From a virus (taxonomy: Duplodnaviria; Heunggongvirae; Uroviricota; Caudoviricetes): a DNA stretch of 18,838 nucleotides. Each line of letters starts with the position of its first letter. Position 1 is the stretch's first letter. The stretch lies in IMG/VR virus record IMGVR_UViG_3300037743_000091. The stretch is one strand, 5' to 3'. Positions 17,334-18,838 of the stretch are shown piece after piece. Position numbers and translations under genes: made by a program. Under the pieces are notes generated by a model. It ran no database searches. It was not told the DNA's origin and worked only from the letters and a program-made list of their open reading frames with translations.

Positions 17334-17402
17334 ACGGCAGATAAGAGAATTGAAATCGGGATGATCGTTTCAGGTGATAACCGACCTCAGGCGACCCGCC
17401 GT
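17334..17402 (-). ncRNA. short Y RNA-like unit Y4 (69 nt; Phe-GAA-like loop)
   Basis: ACGGCGG-GUCG...UUAU-CUGCCGU. Inner stem UGAGGUCGG/CCGAUUUCA. Loop contains CUGAAAC. Confidence 0.8.
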
Positions 17403-17418
17403 ATGTTGAGTTGTTAGG

Positions 17419-17491
17419 TGTGGTAGATAAGTGAGTGGAATCGGGGGAGTTCTTTTGCGAAAAGATAACCGAATCCGTTCGACCCACCACA
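17419..17491 (-). ncRNA. short Y RNA-like unit Y3 (73 nt; Ala-CGC-like loop)
   Basis: UGUGGUGG-GUCG...UUAU-CUACCACA. Inner stem GGAUUCGG/CCGAUUCC. UCUU-UUCGCAA-AAGA hairpin. Confidence 0.8.
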
Positions 17492-17504
17492 GTACTAAGT
17501 GGGA

Positions 17505-17644
17505 GTGGCAGATAAATTGGGTGTGCATCGGATATATACCAGTGCGCTAACCGAGCTGCGCTACCTCCCGCTGTTGCCGGGAGGAGAGGATTTGAACCTC
17601 TGACCCCTGGTTCCTGAGATAACCGATACGTGACGACCCGCCAC
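17505..17644 (-). ncRNA. YrlA-type Y RNA unit Y2 (140 nt; permuted tRNA-Pro-like body, CAG heptamer)
   Basis: GUGGCGG-GUCG...UUAU-CUGCCAC. T arm AGAGG-UUCAAAU-CCUCU. Acceptor CCUCCCG/CGGGAGG closed by a loop. D arm GCGC-AGCUCGGUUA-GCGC. Anticodon stem CUGGU/ACCAG. Confidence 0.9.
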
Positions 17645-17758
17645 AATGTGAAGTTGTTGGTCCTGCTGGTAGAACGGGCTGACCTATCATCACAAGTCGC
17701 TGAGCGAGAGTGACAGGAATCAGCAGCCGGTACGGTTCACCCGTAGCGTTCAAGTAGT

Positions 17759-17897
17759 CCTGACAGATAAAGAGTGAGCATCGGGTTTAAGCGCTCTAAC
17801 CAGTTGAGCTACCCCCGCCGTGTGAGCCGGGGGACGGGGCTCGAACCCGCAACCTCTCCATTACAAGTGGGTAACCGATCCTCAGCGACCCGTCAGG
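17759..17897 (-). ncRNA. YrlA-type Y RNA unit Y1 (139 nt; permuted tRNA-Thr(UGU)-like module)
   Basis: CCUGACGG-GUCG...UUAU-CUGUCAGG. CCA-CUUGUAA-UGG anticodon hairpin. T arm GCGGG-UUCGAGC-CCCGU. Acceptor CCCCCG/CGGGGG. D arm GCUC-AACUGGUUA-GAGC. Confidence 0.9.
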
Positions 17898-17924
17898 GTG
17901 TCTTGCTGTCGTGCTGATGTTGCA

Positions 17925-17953
17925 ACTGTACCACGTCCCTCGGGGTCGCGCTA
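17925..17953 (-). promoter_or_regulatory. putative sigma70/HrdB-type promoter for the Y RNA array
   Basis: Extended -10 TG-G-TACAGT (17933-17925), 17-bp spacer, weak -35 TAGCGC (17953-17948). Predicted TSS about 17918, 20 nt before Y1. Confidence 0.5.
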
Positions 17954-17957
17954 CCTC

Positions 17958-18197
17958 TTAGCTCTTGGGGTAGGTGTCGATGTACTCGCCGTCCTTGACA
18001 TACGCCTCCTCGTCGGCGTCCCAATCCCCGTTAAGCTCGATTCCAGGGCTTCCACCTGCTCCCCAGCCCTGGCACTGAGCACAGAGAGAAGGACCACCTT
18101 CCTTATAGGCCTCCTCCACGGCCTCCTCCAGGCTGTCAGCCTGTACGGTGATCTGAGTTGAGGCGACCGTATTCAGAGTGATTTTGTATTCCGGCAT
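17958..18197 (-). CDS. hypothetical phage protein (79 aa, CxxC)
   Basis: RBS AGGAGGA. The Y.I.L.T..S..ITVQADSLEEAVEEA and LCAQC motifs are typical of small actinophage proteins. Confidence 0.8.
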   Translation of the reverse strand: MPEYKITLNTVASTQITVQADSLEEAVEEAYKEGGPSLCAQCQGWGAGGSPGIELNGDWDADEEAYVKDGEYIDTYPKS

Positions 18198-18223
18198 CGT
18201 TCCTCCTGAGGGGTGATTACCTG

Positions 18224-18496
18224 TTAGTAGTTGCGGGTGACATCGATGGGGACGAAGGCCAGCGGGATCTGCTCGACCCCCACCGACTCGCTGGTCGTCT
18301 TCTTTCGTACAGCCTCCGCGATGCTCCTACTGCTGTTGCATTGGGGAACCCCGTAGCGCTCTCCGGGGTACTTGTAAAAGCACACTTCACCAGCGGCGTT
18401 CACAGCCCACCAGTAATCCCGAAGGACTGTAACGGTAGAACCGCTTCGAGGTTCGGTGACGTACTCCTTGGGCTTCCATTCCGGTCCATACTCCAT
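18224..18496 (-). CDS. hypothetical phage protein (90 aa, MEYGPEWKPKEY...)
   Basis: The ORF-track upstream extension runs through the tRNAs. The first ATG outside the tRNA is 18496. No separate RBS. Confidence 0.6.
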   Translation of the reverse strand: MEYGPEWKPKEYVTEPRSGSTVTVLRDYWWAVNAAGEVCFYKYPGERYGVPQCNSSRSIAEAVRKKTTSESVGVEQIPLAFVPIDVTRNY

Positions 18497-18497
18497 G

Positions 18498-18571
18498 TGA
18501 CCCCGGTGGGATTCGAACCCACACTGTCCGCTACTTGAAGGCGGCGCCTCTGCCAGTTGGGCTACGGGGCC
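18498..18571 (-). tRNA. tRNA-Leu(CAA), short variable loop, CCA not encoded
   Basis: GGCCCCG/CGGGGUC acceptor, A73. D arm GCC-CAACUGGCAGA-GGC. Anticodon loop UUCAAGU (G37) with a C31.A39 mismatch. T arm GUGGG-UUCGAAU-CCCAC. Resembles the actinobacterial short-arm tRNA-Leu(CAA). Confidence 0.9.
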
Positions 18572-18574
18572 TCG

Positions 18575-18680
18575 TGGTTCCGGCAGGGTTCGAACCTGCA
18601 CTGATACGCGGGTGTGGACGCCGCGCTGCCTCTACCTCGGCCTACTTCCTAGGATTTCGACCTTGTTGGGCTACGGAACC
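18575..18680 (-). tRNA. atypical Leu-scaffold tRNA-like RNA (106 nt) with D-loop insertion and 9-nt anticodon loop
   Basis: Perfect acceptor GGUUCCG/CGGAACC with A73. T arm GCAGG-UUCGAAC-CCUGC. D stem GCC/GGC with a 38-nt loop. 6-bp stem GCGCGG/CCGCGU with loop CGUCCACAC. Confidence 0.7.
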
Positions 18681-18685
18681 TGAGC

Positions 18686-18715
18686 CGTGACCCGGCGCTC
18701 TCACGCCGGGTCACG
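18686..18715 (-). terminator. 12-bp hairpin between SPFH gene and tRNAs
   Basis: CGTGACCCGGCG / CGCCGGGTCACG. No U-tract, so possibly a processing or stabilising element. Confidence 0.5.
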
Positions 18716-18724
18716 ACGGGGGTA

Positions 18725-18838
18725 TTACTTCGGCTGGACGAACGGCGTCGAGCCCTCGGGGACCACATACACAGTCCCCTTCTTGTACGCCTCGATCTGA
18801 CGAAGGCGGATCAGCTCTTCTGTCAGGGAGTCGGAAAT
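18725..18838 (-). CDS. C-terminal fragment of probable SPFH/band-7 membrane protein (partial)
   Basis: Open frame from the window end, ISDSLTEELIRLRQIEAYKKGTVYVVPEGSTPFVQPK*, resembles phage band-7 C-termini. Only 37 aa visible. Confidence 0.55.
   Translation of the reverse strand: MSDSLTEELIRLRQIEAYKKGTVYVVPEGSTPFVQPK

Noticed and set aside
17683-17725. Box C (GUGAUGA) and box D (CUGA) words, or hammerhead-like CUGA, in the Y1-Y2 spacer
   Set aside because: In the best fold CUGA pairs canonically with UCAG and is not opposite box C. Hammerhead core elements are not correctly arranged.
17275-17753. Minus-strand ORFs 17275-17646 and 17547-17753 across the array
   Set aside because: No RBS or codon bias, and they overlap highly structured RNA units.
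17016-17897. CRISPR-like repeat/spacer appearance (GATAACCGA...CGACCCGCC recurring)
   Set aside because: The repeats are not identical direct repeats. Unit lengths are 69-140 nt, conserved motifs are paired halves of stems, tRNA arms are embedded, and the array adjoins rsr with no cas genes. Y RNA array fits better.
17181-17897. Three ordinary tRNA genes in the array
   Set aside because: Arm order is T, acceptor (loop-closed), D, with no free CCA end. These are permuted YrlA-type modules, not functional tRNA genes as encoded.
18497-18601. N-terminal extension of ORF 18224-18601
   Set aside because: It is read through tRNA sequences. The start was reassigned to ATG 18496.

Overview
An 18.8 kb segment of a GC-rich actinobacterial siphophage genome. 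The + strand (1-14746) begins with two atypical tRNA-like folds and three small accessory genes. It continues with a virion module resembling mycobacteriophage cluster B: major capsid (hexamer-type), second capsid (pentamer-type), major tail, head-tail connectors, tail assembly chaperones, tape measure, two paralogous Dit-like genes, hub, minor tail and a membrane protein. The module ends at a bidirectional terminator. The - strand accessory arm (14792-18838) carries a full-length Ro60/TROVE (Rsr) gene. Upstream of it lies a tandem array of seven Y RNA-like genes sharing a bulged-C Ro-binding-type helix. Three contain a circularly permuted YrlA-type tRNA module and four are short. Each of the seven appears to display a different tRNA anticodon loop (Thr UGU, Leu CAG, Ala CGC, Phe GAA, Leu CAA, Ser GCU, Lys CUU), which is the most novel-looking signal here: a possible Ro60-bound anticodon-decoy library. 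Also present are a Cys-rich microprotein coupled to rsr, a tRNA-Leu(CAA), an aberrant tRNA with a D-loop insertion, and a 29-nt element shared by the capsid and major tail 5' UTRs that runs into an SD-sequestering hairpin. All RNA folds were derived by hand. Protein calls come from motif recognition, not database searches.
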